Numbered from the whole stretch's first letter, positions 43,682-56,400 are shown. The stretch: DNA of 63,958 nucleotides, filler included, from Babesia bigemina (GCF_000981445.1; 8 parts of 8 records of this genome joined end to end with filler, not necessarily neighbours in it); one strand, 5' to 3'. The notes: generated from the sequence alone by a model not told the origin. Numbers and translations: made by a program.

Positions 43682-43936
43682 CTTGGTCAGGTGGTAGGTC
43701 ACCACTTTGGTCACCACCTTCGTCATGGCATTGGTCACCACATTGGTCAGCACGTTGGTCAGCACATTGGTCAGCACCTTGGTCAGCACCTTGGTCAGCA
43801 CATTGGTCAGCACCTTGGTCAGCACCTTGGTCAGCACATTGGTCAGCACCTTGGTCATGGCATTGGTCAGCACCTTGGTCATGGCATTGGTCAGCACGTT
43901 GGTCAGCACTTTGGTCAGCACATTGGTCAACACTTT
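43682..43936 (-). repeat. 12-bp satellite
   Basis: Direct reading. Confidence 0.95.
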
Positions 43937-44060
43937 AGTTAACTACTACACAATCACATACAACGAGTAATGAGTGATGCAACAGATTAAAGCACAATTC
44001 ATAAGTTAGGTGAGTAGGTGATATGCTAGGTGAGTGTAAATAGTAAACACGTGAGTACGA
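43937..44060 (-). promoter_or_regulatory. Conserved 3' element
   Basis: Homologous to 6803-6925. Confidence 0.65.
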
Positions 44061-47000
44061 TTATGGTTGCAGGTAAAACAGTTTGTTAAGCTTGTTAACA
44101 CGTGCGGCGGCGAGTAGTGATTGAGCAGCGATACGATGCGATGAGGGACTATGCAAATGCGATTTGATGTGGAGCGTGTCGAGGCGGATGACCATGATGT
44201 GGAGGAGGTACAGGAAGGAGAGGAGCCAGAGGGCGACGGTGGTCCAGAAGAATTTCTCCCTAATGGCCCATATGAATTTGGGGATTACTTCATGTACCAA
44301 TTTGGCGAGTGGTGCACCGTCACTGATTTTATCGCTCAGAACTTTCTGCAATGCGTTACATAGATCTTTGCACGTACGCATTGTCTCTTCGCCGTTTTCA
44401 CCGCTCATGTTTGATAGACTTTTGAAAACGAACCCATATTTGCAGAACGTGGGACGTGTGAACGGACAGTGGGATATGGGTTTGCATAACTGGTTGTGAT
44501 GGTGATCGGTAGGTGCGGCGGCAGGGGTTTTGCTTTCGGCAGCAGATGCCAGAGATGCGTAGTGAGATTTGACTTTGCAATCCGGGACGCAGGTCTTTCC
44601 GTGGCAACGTGAGCCAGCCGATGTACAATTTTTGCAACACTCTTCATATAATTGATGTAGCAAATTATAGAAGGACTCAGTGAGATAGACAATCCACGAC
44701 AGATAGTTGGCTGCGTTTCGTTTGGAAAACACAGTCCATGTATTAGCGCTGATAGGTTGTAGATATCGGCCGCAGTTGGTTACTGATTTGCTGTCACCCC
44801 CGCAAACGAGACTTAACAAGTCACGATTTTTGTTATGCTCCGAATGATTACGATCGAACAGAAGTGATACATTCATATCTGTGTATCGTTCTCCGAAATA
44901 AGCTTTGGTGACTGCATCATCAAATGCATCCTCTCTGTGCGCCTTGTCGTCGTCCTTGCCTTGTCCTTTAATCTGCCACCCATACAGGAAATTATAGTAA
45001 AAGGCAAACATGTCACCTAATGTCTTAGGCGGCGTACTTAATAAGCACGTCAAATATTTACACAATTGGCTAAGAGGGCTACCCGAGTTTCCACAGAATC
45101 TTTCGAGAGCGTTCCCAATGTGCTCGCCTTGCTTAGTATGCGATGCAACGTTGCTAATGTTACCAAATCCTAGTGGCGTTTTGCACGTTATGCCCCGGTG
45201 GTTCGACACAGTGCACTCCGCCTTACAGCCAACCTTGTCGAATTTATGTGGTAGGAAGCCAGGCAAACCATCCTCTAAGTATGACTGGAGAGGAGATTTG
45301 ACACCGCACTTAGGATGTTCATCACATATTTGGTTAGCCGCTTGGTTACCTTTTTGGTTAGGCTTTTGGTTGCCTTTTTGGTTACAGTCTTGGTTGGCAC
45401 ATTGTAAGGTGTTGCACCTCCAATCTGATCCGCCCACGTACCTACCATACCAGCAATCGCGCCAGCTATTAGCCTTCGATGTGCGTTGACACTGCACCAA
45501 GAGGAAATAAAGTTGGTCATGGAGTCTGTACGCAACATCTACGAGCGTATCGAAGCAGTCCGCCGGATTGACCGGATACGAAAACCCATCTTCGTTTGCG
45601 CTGAAGTCACAAGCATATACGCCGTCGTTATGGCCGTGTCCGAGGATCGCGATCAATATTGTTTTTGCGTATCTACATACATCGTAAATCGCGTCGCATA
45701 CGTCCCTAGGCTTAATGGTTGACGTGCCGACTAGTTGGAGATCATTAACGGAAATATCTTTATAATCACGATCCTCATATTTCTTAGGTTTCGAGAACAA
45801 CGTTTTAGTGTAATCTTCGACTTTGCTTAGCATCGCGTTGTACCGCAAACCAGCACACCACTTAAGCATCGCGAAAACTGTTGTAGGAGACTTCGGTGAT
45901 GGCGTAACCCTGAGATGGCATACATAGTGATAGCAGCGCAAACAGTCCGTCAAGTTATTGATGGCTGCTGTACTTAACATTTTCGTCAGGAAACCCTTAA
46001 TATTTGAGCCTTGGCATTCATCCTTATTGCGCAAGATACCGTCATGGCTGTCCGTTTTGGTCGAAACCTTATATCCCCGCTGAGCGAAGAATTCGCCGAG
46101 ATATGTATTCGAATTAATTTTCTTATTAAGCCACTCCCCTCCAATGTTACATTTCTCATAAATAACTCTCATGTCTGCACTCACCATAGGCACTATGCTG
46201 AGACACACCTTCGCGCACTTCCGGCCGTAATCGGTTAATGTGATTTCTTTTCCTTTAGGTGTAGTCAACCCTTCTTTAAACGTTTCCATCGAGTACCTAC
46301 TCACATACCCCTTCCCCAACTCTCCCACGAATCCCAGCATCCCTGCCTGCAGCGCCTTGAGCACGGGCCGTCCTGCGTCCGGCAGCGCTTGGGGGTCGAG
46401 GGCGGAGGTGGAAGAGGAGAGGGTGGCGAGCTTACTAAGAGAGTCATTGAGAGACGTTAAATAAGACGCATATATGTGATCAAAACTACAGTGCCTTGTT
46501 GAATTTTTGTTGAGGTAATTTAGTAAGTTGTCCAGTACGGTTTTGATGTCTCTGACCCGCTCGGACTGCTCGGTGGGCTGGCGCCTACTTTTACTAGAAT
46601 CGCCAATAACGTAGCTCACTTCATGTTGAGCATAACGTAAAATTAAGTCCACATAATTTTTGAAATACTCGGATATTTGGAGGAATACTTCACTATAAGT
46701 CTTCGCTGTTGCAGCTGGATGGGTCGGCGTAGTTAAAGAAGCTAAAACCTCTTGAATTCTAGTAACTTCATTTTCTTGCTTATTAATCCACTTCATTAAA
46801 CCCTTTATACCGCTCGCTAAATCTTCTTCGATGGCGCTTCTAATTTTGGGGAGCTCATCCGATACTGAGGCGTGAATGGCCTGTAACTCGGCTTTCTTTT
46901 GTGCTGCGAACAATTGCTGAATACCATCTTCCAGGTCACCAAATGCTTCACCAATCCCGCGTTGCAAGCTTATTTTTAGCGCCGACATGGCAAGGTTGGC

Positions 47001-49886
47001 ATTGCTTTTGGCATCTCGTACGGAATCATCAAGTTGTGCAATGGCTGAATCGAAGGCTTTCTGTGCATTGGCCACGCGTGGTGAAATGGCTGTAATGTGA
47101 AATTGAAGACTCTGGATTCTGGATTTCAATTGTTTCATAATGTCATCAGCGTTTTGTCTTTTGCCGTCTACATCGTTGGGAACCTTTTTAAGTAAATCGA
47201 GTTGTTGCTTAATTTGCCGAACGGCAGATTGCAGAGTTCTCTCTGATTCGTCAAACTGAGTCATCATGGACCTGACGTCGATTTGGCTTTCCCCGCTTTT
47301 TATTTTAAATTTATCAAGCGCCTCCGTGATTGCGGTTTTAGCCCCGCCTATGACTTGCTTTATGGCATTGTTATGGAATTTAGTGATGGCGCTAGGAAGT
47401 CCATTTTTGACCTCGGAATTGAACTTTGTGACAAGGTTCTGCTCAACCTCGGTTTTGACAGCCTTAATTGCGTCGTCAACGGCAGACGCGTAGTTAGTGC
47501 CATTTATACCCATTCTCATCACCGTTTTAAGTCTTTCACCAAGTATTTGGCTCACATGTGATACGGTTCTTAGCTTACTACAATCCGAATCCCTGATAAA
47601 TACGGATATATCATCGACTGCACCTTTGGCACCGGAGTGTAGACACGCCAGTAGAATCCTTATGGCCAATCTGAGAGGCGCTTGGTCAGGAAGTACTTGG
47701 ATACCTTTTGACTGTAGGTAACCTTCAATTTCTACAACAGCACCGCTAAGTGTCTGTTCGGCATTCTGATCACTGATCAGATAACCTTCTAGATATCGCC
47801 CAAATCTGCTCAGCTTATCGAAAAGCTCACTTAATGTTTTAATGCCATCCAGTCCGGCGGCATTCGCAGCAGCATCCATAAGTAATTTAGAAATGTAAGC
47901 TTTAACATAAAGCTTAAGTGCTTCTTTAACAGTATTCTTGTTTAGCCTAGTACGGAGACTTCGCATACTTGCACTATTAACATACTGATCGATATGTTGC
48001 TTTATGGCGCCTTCACTTGACACGATACCTTGAACCATCGTTCGTATAGCAGACTCGAATTTGGTCTTGAACTGCCTAGCATACTCGTCAAGATTCGCAG
48101 ATATCCCATGTATACCTGAATGGTTTCCCAGTTCACCCTTATTTATCCTGTCCACCTGTTCTTGAATATGCTTGATAATGAGTTCAATTTTTTGATTACC
48201 TGCTTCCTTTCCTTCTCCTGCATCACCTGTTGTAACAACACCGTGAAGCTTTCCGATCGCAGTTTCCACTTGTGTTAACAAACTACTAAGCAACCCCTTG
48301 ATCTTATTTTCGAAATTATTCTCGAGATTTCCATCGTCATTATTCTTCTTACCAGTCAATTTTTCAAGCGCCTCTTTTGCCGTTTGAAGAGCAGACATCT
48401 CGGATTTCAGAATATTATTGTCATTGAAATCATCATTAATACGTCTGTCGATCCCACTTATGTGGCTCTCTAAAACTTCTAACCCAGCGCGTACATCATC
48501 TTCCAGACCCTTAACTTCTGTCTGCACAATGCTAAATTGCGTCTGAAGCATAGTGTCGGTGCCATTATCCCTAGCAAATCTCTCAATATTGGTCTTTATC
48601 GTGGTGAAAAGTTTTGAAATCTGCTGATGATAATTTTTATCAAACCCCTTTTCCGAAGCGTCGAGTAAACCGTCCACCAACTGCTGAGTTTTTGACACGG
48701 CGTCAACGATGTGTTGCATATGAGCACGTTTTTGCTGCTTTATGTTATCGATTTTATTTTCAATAGTGGTATAATTCTCATTCAAAGCTTCAAGTACTTT
48801 CTGTATGTCATTCGTAATTAGGTCATTAATTTCACTACGATGCTGCAAAAATTTATCAGTCAAGTCACTAACAGAATTAATGACACTGTCATCATTAACT
48901 GACGTCCAAAAATTTCTAACCACATGTCTTATTAAGTCTATTTTTGGCTCTACTTGTGTTTTTAAAATACCGTCAATATCATTTAAGGCATGCTCAGATT
49001 TTTCGACGTCCTGAACATATAAGCTAGAGAATCCACGCCATGTAGCCAATTGATCAGTAATAGGATTATGTTCCATATTAGCAGATTTGTGTCCATTTAA
49101 TGATTCTAAAAGATTTTCTAAAGGTCTCATCACTTTTTTATTTTTTTCATTAACCTCCCCCAACCACCCCGCAATCCCCTTCTTGACCGGCTCAATCACA
49201 GCCTGCAAACCTTTTTTGCCTTTATTGAGATTTTCATTTAATGTATTTACTGCTGTTTCTAATGTGTTTTTGTAAGGTGAAAGGTTATCATTTTCATGTA
49301 CGTCTTTGAGAACACCACTCAAAAATCCCATCACCCCGTCACACAGCCTGTCAAGGTCGGAGTAGACAATGCCCTGGCCAGTGTAGCCTTTGGAGTTCTT
49401 ATCGTAACCAAGAAAAGTCTGAAGGCCGTCACATAAATTATCTAAGAGGTTTTTAGGATTATTTGATGCATTTTTAAGATTCTTATAATTTTCACAAAGC
49501 TCCTCCACTTTCCTCAAAGCGTCCAACTTGGAGTGCAATTTGGCTAGCTCAGCAGAGGGAGAGGGGGAAGAAGGAAGATTATAAAGGTTATTAGGGCTAT
49601 TAATACGTTGATTTATGTCATTAATTTCTTGAGTAACTCGCTGACTAAGCTCACTAATTTTCTGGTTGTCACCAGCCTGGTCAACAGACTTGACAGACTC
49701 AGAAAGCTTAGTAACATGAGAAGAGTAAGCATCATTTAGGTCAGTTTTAAGATCTTCATTAGTGTCGAAATAAGCTTTAATAGCATATATAACAGCTTCC
49801 TTAACACTCTCACTCTCACCAACAAATCCGCCAAGCTGTCCAGCCAGGTGACCAAGGCTAATGAGCTTGGAGTCAATGTCCTTCAA
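44061..49886 (-). CDS. ves1: ves1-like cassette, 5'-defective (TTG at ORF start)
   Basis: 1941 open codons with family motifs, TM helix, tail KLFYLQP. Confidence 0.85.
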   Translation of the reverse strand: MKDIDSKLISLGHLAGQLGGFVGESESVKEAVIYAIKAYFDTNEDLKTDLNDAYSSHVTKLSESVKSVDQAGDNQKISELSQRVTQEINDINQRINSPNNLYNLPSSPSPSAELAKLHSKLDALRKVEELCENYKNLKNASNNPKNLLDNLCDGLQTFLGYDKNSKGYTGQGIVYSDLDRLCDGVMGFLSGVLKDVHENDNLSPYKNTLETAVNTLNENLNKGKKGLQAVIEPVKKGIAGWLGEVNEKNKKVMRPLENLLESLNGHKSANMEHNPITDQLATWRGFSSLYVQDVEKSEHALNDIDGILKTQVEPKIDLIRHVVRNFWTSVNDDSVINSVSDLTDKFLQHRSEINDLITNDIQKVLEALNENYTTIENKIDNIKQQKRAHMQHIVDAVSKTQQLVDGLLDASEKGFDKNYHQQISKLFTTIKTNIERFARDNGTDTMLQTQFSIVQTEVKGLEDDVRAGLEVLESHISGIDRRINDDFNDNNILKSEMSALQTAKEALEKLTGKKNNDDGNLENNFENKIKGLLSSLLTQVETAIGKLHGVVTTGDAGEGKEAGNQKIELIIKHIQEQVDRINKGELGNHSGIHGISANLDEYARQFKTKFESAIRTMVQGIVSSEGAIKQHIDQYVNSASMRSLRTRLNKNTVKEALKLYVKAYISKLLMDAAANAAGLDGIKTLSELFDKLSRFGRYLEGYLISDQNAEQTLSGAVVEIEGYLQSKGIQVLPDQAPLRLAIRILLACLHSGAKGAVDDISVFIRDSDCSKLRTVSHVSQILGERLKTVMRMGINGTNYASAVDDAIKAVKTEVEQNLVTKFNSEVKNGLPSAITKFHNNAIKQVIGGAKTAITEALDKFKIKSGESQIDVRSMMTQFDESERTLQSAVRQIKQQLDLLKKVPNDVDGKRQNADDIMKQLKSRIQSLQFHITAISPRVANAQKAFDSAIAQLDDSVRDAKSNANLAMSALKISLQRGIGEAFGDLEDGIQQLFAAQKKAELQAIHASVSDELPKIRSAIEEDLASGIKGLMKWINKQENEVTRIQEVLASLTTPTHPAATAKTYSEVFLQISEYFKNYVDLILRYAQHEVSYVIGDSSKSRRQPTEQSERVRDIKTVLDNLLNYLNKNSTRHCSFDHIYASYLTSLNDSLSKLATLSSSTSALDPQALPDAGRPVLKALQAGMLGFVGELGKGYVSRYSMETFKEGLTTPKGKEITLTDYGRKCAKVCLSIVPMVSADMRVIYEKCNIGGEWLNKKINSNTYLGEFFAQRGYKVSTKTDSHDGILRNKDECQGSNIKGFLTKMLSTAAINNLTDCLRCYHYVCHLRVTPSPKSPTTVFAMLKWCAGLRYNAMLSKVEDYTKTLFSKPKKYEDRDYKDISVNDLQLVGTSTIKPRDVCDAIYDVCRYAKTILIAILGHGHNDGVYACDFSANEDGFSYPVNPADCFDTLVDVAYRLHDQLYFLLVQCQRTSKANSWRDCWYGRYVGGSDWRCNTLQCANQDCNQKGNQKPNQKGNQAANQICDEHPKCGVKSPLQSYLEDGLPGFLPHKFDKVGCKAECTVSNHRGITCKTPLGFGNISNVASHTKQGEHIGNALERFCGNSGSPLSQLCKYLTCLLSTPPKTLGDMFAFYYNFLYGWQIKGQGKDDDKAHREDAFDDAVTKAYFGERYTDMNVSLLFDRNHSEHNKNRDLLSLVCGGDSKSVTNCGRYLQPISANTWTVFSKRNAANYLSWIVYLTESFYNLLHQLYEECCKNCTSAGSRCHGKTCVPDCKVKSHYASLASAAESKTPAAAPTDHHHNQLCKPISHCPFTRPTFCKYGFVFKSLSNMSGENGEETMRTCKDLCNALQKVLSDKISDGAPLAKLVHEVIPKFIWAIREKFFWTTVALWLLSFLYLLHIMVIRLDTLHIKSHLHSPSSHRIAAQSLLAAARVNKLNKLFYLQP

Positions 49887-49924
49887 GGCTCTTTTAGTAG
49901 CATCATCATAACGACGGGAGTGGG

Positions 49925-50122
49925 AAGTAACAAGTTATGGTCATAATTAATGGAGGTCATAGCGTTAATATGGCGAAGTAATTCGAAGGATTTGGAGTTA
50001 GGATGAACATGATGGGACTTGGCAGTGGCAAGAGGTGGAGGAAGGGAAGTGAAGGGTGACAAGGCACAAGTTATTAGGATGGTTTATAGAGGTAATAGCG
50101 GTATTATGGCGAGGTGATTCGA
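49925..50122 (-). promoter_or_regulatory. Cassette leader (class B; first ATG mutated to ATT)
   Basis: Duplicated leader motif. Confidence 0.6.
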
Positions 50123-50908
50123 GCGATGTAAAGTGGATAAGGGGCGATGTAGAGTGGGTTAAGGAGCGATGTAGAGTGGATAAAGGAGCGATGTAGAGTG
50201 GGTTAGGGAGCGATGTAGAGAGGGTAAAGGGGCGATGTGGAGTGGATTAAGGGAGCGATGTAGAGAGGGTAAAGGGGCGATGTAAGGTGGATAAAGGGGC
50301 GATGTAGAGTGGGTTAGGGAGCGATGTAAGGTGGATAAAGGGGCGATGTAGAGTGGGTTAGGGAGCGATGTAGAGTGGGTTAAGGAGCAATGTGGAGTGG
50401 GTTAAGGGGCGATGTAGAGTGGGTAAAGGGGCGATGTGGAGTGGGTTAAGGGGCGATGTAGAGTGGGTAAAGGGGCGATGTAGAGTGGGTTAGGGAGCGA
50501 TGTAGAGTGGATAAAGGGGCGATGTAGAGTGGGTAAAGGAGCGATGTAGAGTGGGTTAGGGAGCGATGTGGAGTGGATAAGGAGCGATGTAGAGTGGGTT
50601 AAGGGGCGATGTGGAGTGGGTTAAGGGGCGATGTACAGTGGATTAAGGGGCGATGTGGAGTGGGTTAGGGAGCGATGTAGAGTGGATAAAGGGGCGATGT
50701 AGAGTGGGTAAAGGGGCGATGTGGAGTGAGTTAGGGAGCGATGTAGAGTGTTGAAAGGAGTGATGTAGGGTGGATAAAGGGGCGATGTAGAGTGGGTTAG
50801 GCAGCGATGTGGAGTGGATAAGAAAGCGATGTGGAGTGGGTAAAGGAGCGATGTAGAGTGGATAAGGGGCGATGTAGAGTGGGTTAAGGAGCGATGTAGA
50901 GTGGGTTA
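50121..50908 (-). repeat. ~22-bp satellite
   Basis: Direct reading. Confidence 0.96.
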
Positions 50909-51008
50909 NNNNNNNNNNNNNNNNNNNNNNNNNNNNNNNNNNNNNNNNNNNNTTAATTAATTAANNNNNNNNNNNNNNNNNNNNNNNNNNNNNNNNNNNN
51001 NNNNNNNN
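50909..51008. other. Assembly linker
   Basis: N-TTAATTAATTAA-N. Confidence 0.98.
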
Positions 51009-53476
51009 AACGTATAATTTACGAGGTCAATGAGCACGTAAGTATGAGCGGTAGATTGCACAACGGTCAAGTAATGAATGCACAGGCAGACAGGGTGACA
51101 CAGCTGGGTAGTGGTCAAATGTGAAAAATGATGAGCGTATAAATAGGAAGTGTAATATATCCACAAAAGTGTATTTTCATCTATAAGTCACATAACAATT
51201 TTAATACTAACATGAGTAGTTATTAAGCATGTTACACCATACGTTTCCAATTGATGTACATTTGAATAGTCAACACAATCACCTATGCTTTTACTTAACT
51301 ATTTACATACAACCTTATTCCACACGCTAACAATATAATTCAGAATGTTTTTGCACAGTAACTACACCGCTAACTCACCAGCCGCTCCCTGCTGCGCTGA
51401 TGCTCCCGTGCTGGGCGAATTGCTGTCCGACGGCATGTTGCGATTTGCGAAACGATGGTTGACTAAACAGCATCTTAATGACACATAAACAGCATTGTAA
51501 AATACGCAGCACATCTGTCTGTCACGTCTAAGAGATGAGCCATTAGGTCGAGGCACGCAGCGGAGCTGCCTAGTGCTGGGTAGGTGGTGCACGGAAAACT
51601 GTATTAATTTGTGCGCTACATGCCTTTCGTATCACGTATGTGACGCTGTTATTACGTGGTATTCGCTGCGTGAGTGCCGGTCGCTGCATGTCTTCTGGCG
51701 GACAGGTAGCTGACGTGTACGGCGTATTATCGCCGACATGATTACGCGATGAATAGCATTCTCATGTCTTCATATGTATGGAATGATGTTATAATAATCG
51801 CTATGTCAACTAACCTTGTCACTTAGCTGTTGTCCGTAGTGGTCGTGGCCACGGCGTTACATGTTGCGTTTTCCACTGCTCACGTTTCACCTAGCGGAAT
51901 GATTTGTTTTGTCACGCATCCCTAATCACGTCACTAATCACATCTCAGACGCATAATTACTTGACTAGCCGCCTATAATTTTCCTGGACGACGTGGCCCG
52001 TTTCCTCTTCGTCCTAGGCTACCAGGGGTGTCGGCGCTGTGCTAGACCTGGCGGAGGGTATCCGCCGTGCATTTGGAATAACGTCGTTGATGCGATAATA
52101 TGTCATTTGATGATGTGATTGACAGTTTCTCAGCTGTATAACAATTTTGCCTTATCAGAGCAAATCTCACTGCTAGCGATGCAACGTTGATTAAGCTGGA
52201 ATGTGCGTGAAAACCGCTTCATCAATAATGCGTTGTTGCTAGTCGAGCGCGGTACGCGCATGTGACGGTATACACATGGTAGCGATTATGTAGCCAAAGA
52301 GACAAGAGACGCCGCGATTGGCGTCAGATGAGCTAGTAACCAAACACAAGGCAACGTCAGTTGCCCGTGTGACTGAAATAAGACGAATGGACGAAATGGG
52401 AATACACAAATCAGCGTCGCAACGCTGAGTAACAATATCACGAGCAGATTCACGTGATAGAATGTTAACACGTAAAAATAGCGATAAGCAATTAGACTAG
52501 CGCACAATTTAACGCGGTGGCACATGTGATAATTAACAGTGTACTTCTGGTCACGAAGCAGCTGCGATAAGCTGCCGTGATAAACAAGCAGACTAGCAGC
52601 GAGTTAAGCACGTCGTAGAGCGGAAGGCGTAAGCCGGGGGAATGGGAAAGTAGAGAGGGAGGGTATCAGTCAGCTATCAATTCAGCCGTTTACTTAGCTA
52701 TTTGCTTATCTTCTTGGTTACCTCTTTGGGTACCTTCTTGGTCACCACGTTACTCAGCCGCTTGTTCACGGCTTCGTTGCTCCTCTCACCCTTATCGGTG
52801 ATCACATATTCGTAGGCATTACTGCCGCTCTCGTAGCTCATCTAGCGAACACTTTCGTTGCTCTTCACTGCTCCTGATGAAGGAACGGGCGCCTTCAGGA
52901 ACGGTTGGGAAGGGCCGGGAACTGGGCGAATGGTTGTAGCTCCGATTTGGAGGCAACCCAGCTTTTGAGGCTGGGTGAGAGTTGAGTGTTTGAGTAAAGA
53001 GTGCGTATGAATTTGATTTGAATAGAAATTAGCAGCGTAGTCATATGTAACGTAGGTGCGCATCGTCACTTATTCGAACGTTTTACCCCATCCCCGTGGG
53101 AGACCGGCCGGCGCATGGTGATGCGATATGGAATCCTCAGTGCGATGTCGTTGTTGACTGGAAGGCTGGGCAAGAGCCGTGAGCAGGAGCGAATGGCGCC
53201 GGAAGGGAGAGCGAAGGCCGAGATTCCGCTGAGGTAGGTGGTCGAGGTAGCGATATAAACGGTTTTCCTTGTTAGGTGAGCGAGGAAGGCTGCGAAATTG
53301 GTGAGTTTTTGCGTGATTCCATAACGTAGTGTGACTGTGAGCGAGATTCCATCGAGATTCCATGTGCATGAGTTTGAGTTGAGTTATGTAATGTAGCTGT
53401 GGCATGCGTGTTGAGTGCGGGTGGTCGTGATTAGTTTGAAACGTGAGTGAAAGTGCGAGGTAAGTGAGCCTTGAAA
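51009..53476 (+). promoter_or_regulatory. Unique, satellite-free upstream region of the full-length ves gene (putative promoter/5' UTR)
   Basis: Longest non-ves, non-repeat DNA in the window; function inferred from position. Confidence 0.4.
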
Positions 53477-56400
53477 ATGAGGCATGTCCCTAAGAAATTA
53501 ACGGACTGTCCGGAGAATCTCCGTGAGTCCATAGACTGGTTGATCCAGGTTAGGTATGGGAATGGTGGAGATGGTCTTACCAAGTTGTCAAAAGCTTTGA
53601 AAAAGTTGATTGAGGAAGCTATAAATAACGCTACTAAGTCCCTTACAACCGAAAAATCTAAACTTGAATGCCCCTTCAAATACTCTGATAAGGAGACTTA
53701 CTGTCAGTACTACCAGAGACTGCATGACGAGGCTGAGAAAAAATTCAAAGAATCCAAAAAAACCGTTGAAAATATCCCAGATAATCATAGTATTAACTTC
53801 TATAAAACATGTCTAGAAGATTGTAAAAATGCTCACAAAAAACATCCTCCATCTCCTGCCTTGAAGTCTGTTGAAGAGAAGATTGTCCAGCTTGGTGAAT
53901 TGGCTGGTAAGCTTGGAGGATTTGTTGGTGAGAGTGAGAGTGTTAAGAAAGCCGTTGTGAAAGCTATTAAAGCTTGTTTCGACACTAATCCACACCTTAA
54001 AAAAGACCTAAATGATGTTTACTCTTCTTATGTTACTAAGCTTTCTGAGTCTGTCAAGTCTGATGGCCAGGCTGATGACAACCAGAAAATTAGTGAGCTT
54101 AGTGAAGCAGTTAAGAAAGAAATTACTCTAATTACTCAACGTATTAATAGCCTTAATAACCCTCTTAATCCCTCTCCTTCTTCCCCCTCTGCCTCTGCTG
54201 AGTCAGCCAAATTGCAGTCCAAGTTGGAGGCTTTGAAGAAAGTGGAGAAGCTTTGTGGATTTTATGAGAATTCTAATAATCAACAAAATGAGCCTAAAAA
54301 TCTCTTAGATAATTTATGTGACGGCCTTCAGACTTTCCTCGGCTTCAACTCTGCTTCCAAAGGCTACGATGGCAGTGGCATTGTGTACTCTGACTTGGAT
54401 AGGCTGAGTGACGGGGTGATGGCGTTTTTCTATGGTGTTCTCAGTAACATCAAAGAGCATTTAGGGCAGCATAAAAACATTTTAGATAATGCAATTAGCA
54501 TTCTTAACACCAATAAACACCTTGGTAAAAAAGGTTTTAATGCTGCGATTGGACAGGTGGTTGAAGGGGTGCGGGGGTATAATGATGCTGTCATGAAGTC
54601 TAATAATAACGTTAAAAATGTAGTCGAAGAATTGTACAATTACATAAAAAAAGACGCAGCGTTTGAAAACGAATTTGTTAAAATTCAAGTTGATAATGTG
54701 ACTGGGAAGCCAGATGACGCTGAGGTAAGAAAGGCAGAGAACTTAGTGACTCAATGCCTAAAAAATGCCAATAAATTTAACGAAGCTTTAGATGTCAGTA
54801 CGAAAAAAGAAATTAAAAAATCAATCGACGACTTAAATCCTAAGTTACGCGATAATGTAAATAACGTTCGTGAGTCCGTTAAAATTGAAACTGAGCGTCT
54901 TACAGAGTTCTCGTCGAAAGAAAAATCAGACCTTCGAGAGACAACGGAATACATCAGTGAGCTGTTGAAAAACCTGAAAGTGAACGTCGATTGCAAAATT
55001 GACGCGCACATTAAAGACCTCATTAGGAGGATTCGCGAGAAAGTCCAGACTATTTTGGATGAGCTGAACAAAATCAACAAAGACTTTTGGCAGTACGTGA
55101 ACGAGTTGGGAACGTGGATAAAGGATGCCGAGCCGTTCGTGGATGACGCGTTGAGGAAGATTGAGATCATTTTGCGGCAAGTGAGTTCGGACGGCGCCGA
55201 TCAGAGGCCCAGACTTATCAACGAGACAGCGGAATTGATTAGAATGCAGGCTCAGATAATTCACGGTGACGTGGAATTGGCCAGAGAAAGAATGGAAAAG
55301 TTAGTGCCGGAGGCAACGAAAAAAGTTGAGCAGTTGACTACGTGGAAGAATGCGGGCACGACGGCCGTTGAGAGGGCGAAACAAAAGTGTGAGCAGATTG
55401 GTGGGATGGTTGAGACTGAAAATGGTACAAAAGATAAGATTCATGGAATCGCTAACGATATGAAAGATAAGGCTGAGAATCTTAGAAAGGCGGCGCATAA
55501 GGTTAAGAGTGGTATTGACGGTTGGGTGCAGCAGGCTACGCGGAAAATTGGGGAGTTGGAGGAGTGGATTAAAAAAGAGCTTTTTAAAGTAAAAAACAAC
55601 ATTCAGGTATCCATTAAAGATTTTGTCACTAATCAGGTTAAGTCTGTAGTCAACGCAGCAAAGCACGTTACGGGTCCGGTGACACTTAACACAAATGGTG
55701 ACACTAGGCCCGGAATCACGCAGCTTATTAATGAAGTTGGACAAACAACGCAGTTCGGAAAATTATTTAAACTGCTTGAACGATCTGCAGATGACAAAGA
55801 TAACATTGCATTCTCCATTGAATACGCCATGTATGCTCTCAATAAATTAAACAGCAAGACGTCGATCGAATTGGATGACAAAAATCCGGTTGTGAAAGCT
55901 TTGACGGACGATCTCGTCGGCCTACTGAATGTGCATTTGCATGATGCAATTACGAGGCGTGCAACTACAAACTCACAGACGGAGTCACAAATTAACTTGA
56001 ATGATACGATGAGTGGATACAACCGAGAAAAAGGCAAAGTAACAATGGAGCTAACCGGTCTCAAACGTAACGTTGAAACCAATCTAACCGCTGAAGAAAG
56101 TGTCAAACAAACGATCGAAGATAACAATAGCTTCACCGGCCCCTTCACCAAAATCGAGCAACAACTCCAAAAGATCGCAGGGCTGGTTGACAGCGACAAA
56201 CCTACGCCGGGATTAGTTGATCCTAAAACTGGCGTCAAAAACTACCTGGATGATATCACAACCCTGCTTGGCAAAGCTCCCGTCGTACTCACCTCCGATA
56301 TAAAAGGCGACCACAATGGTGTCCAAGGCCTCGAGAAGATCAAGGAAGAAATCGACGGCGCGCTCGGAGGTATTCAAACTAAAGTAACGGATGCTCTACA

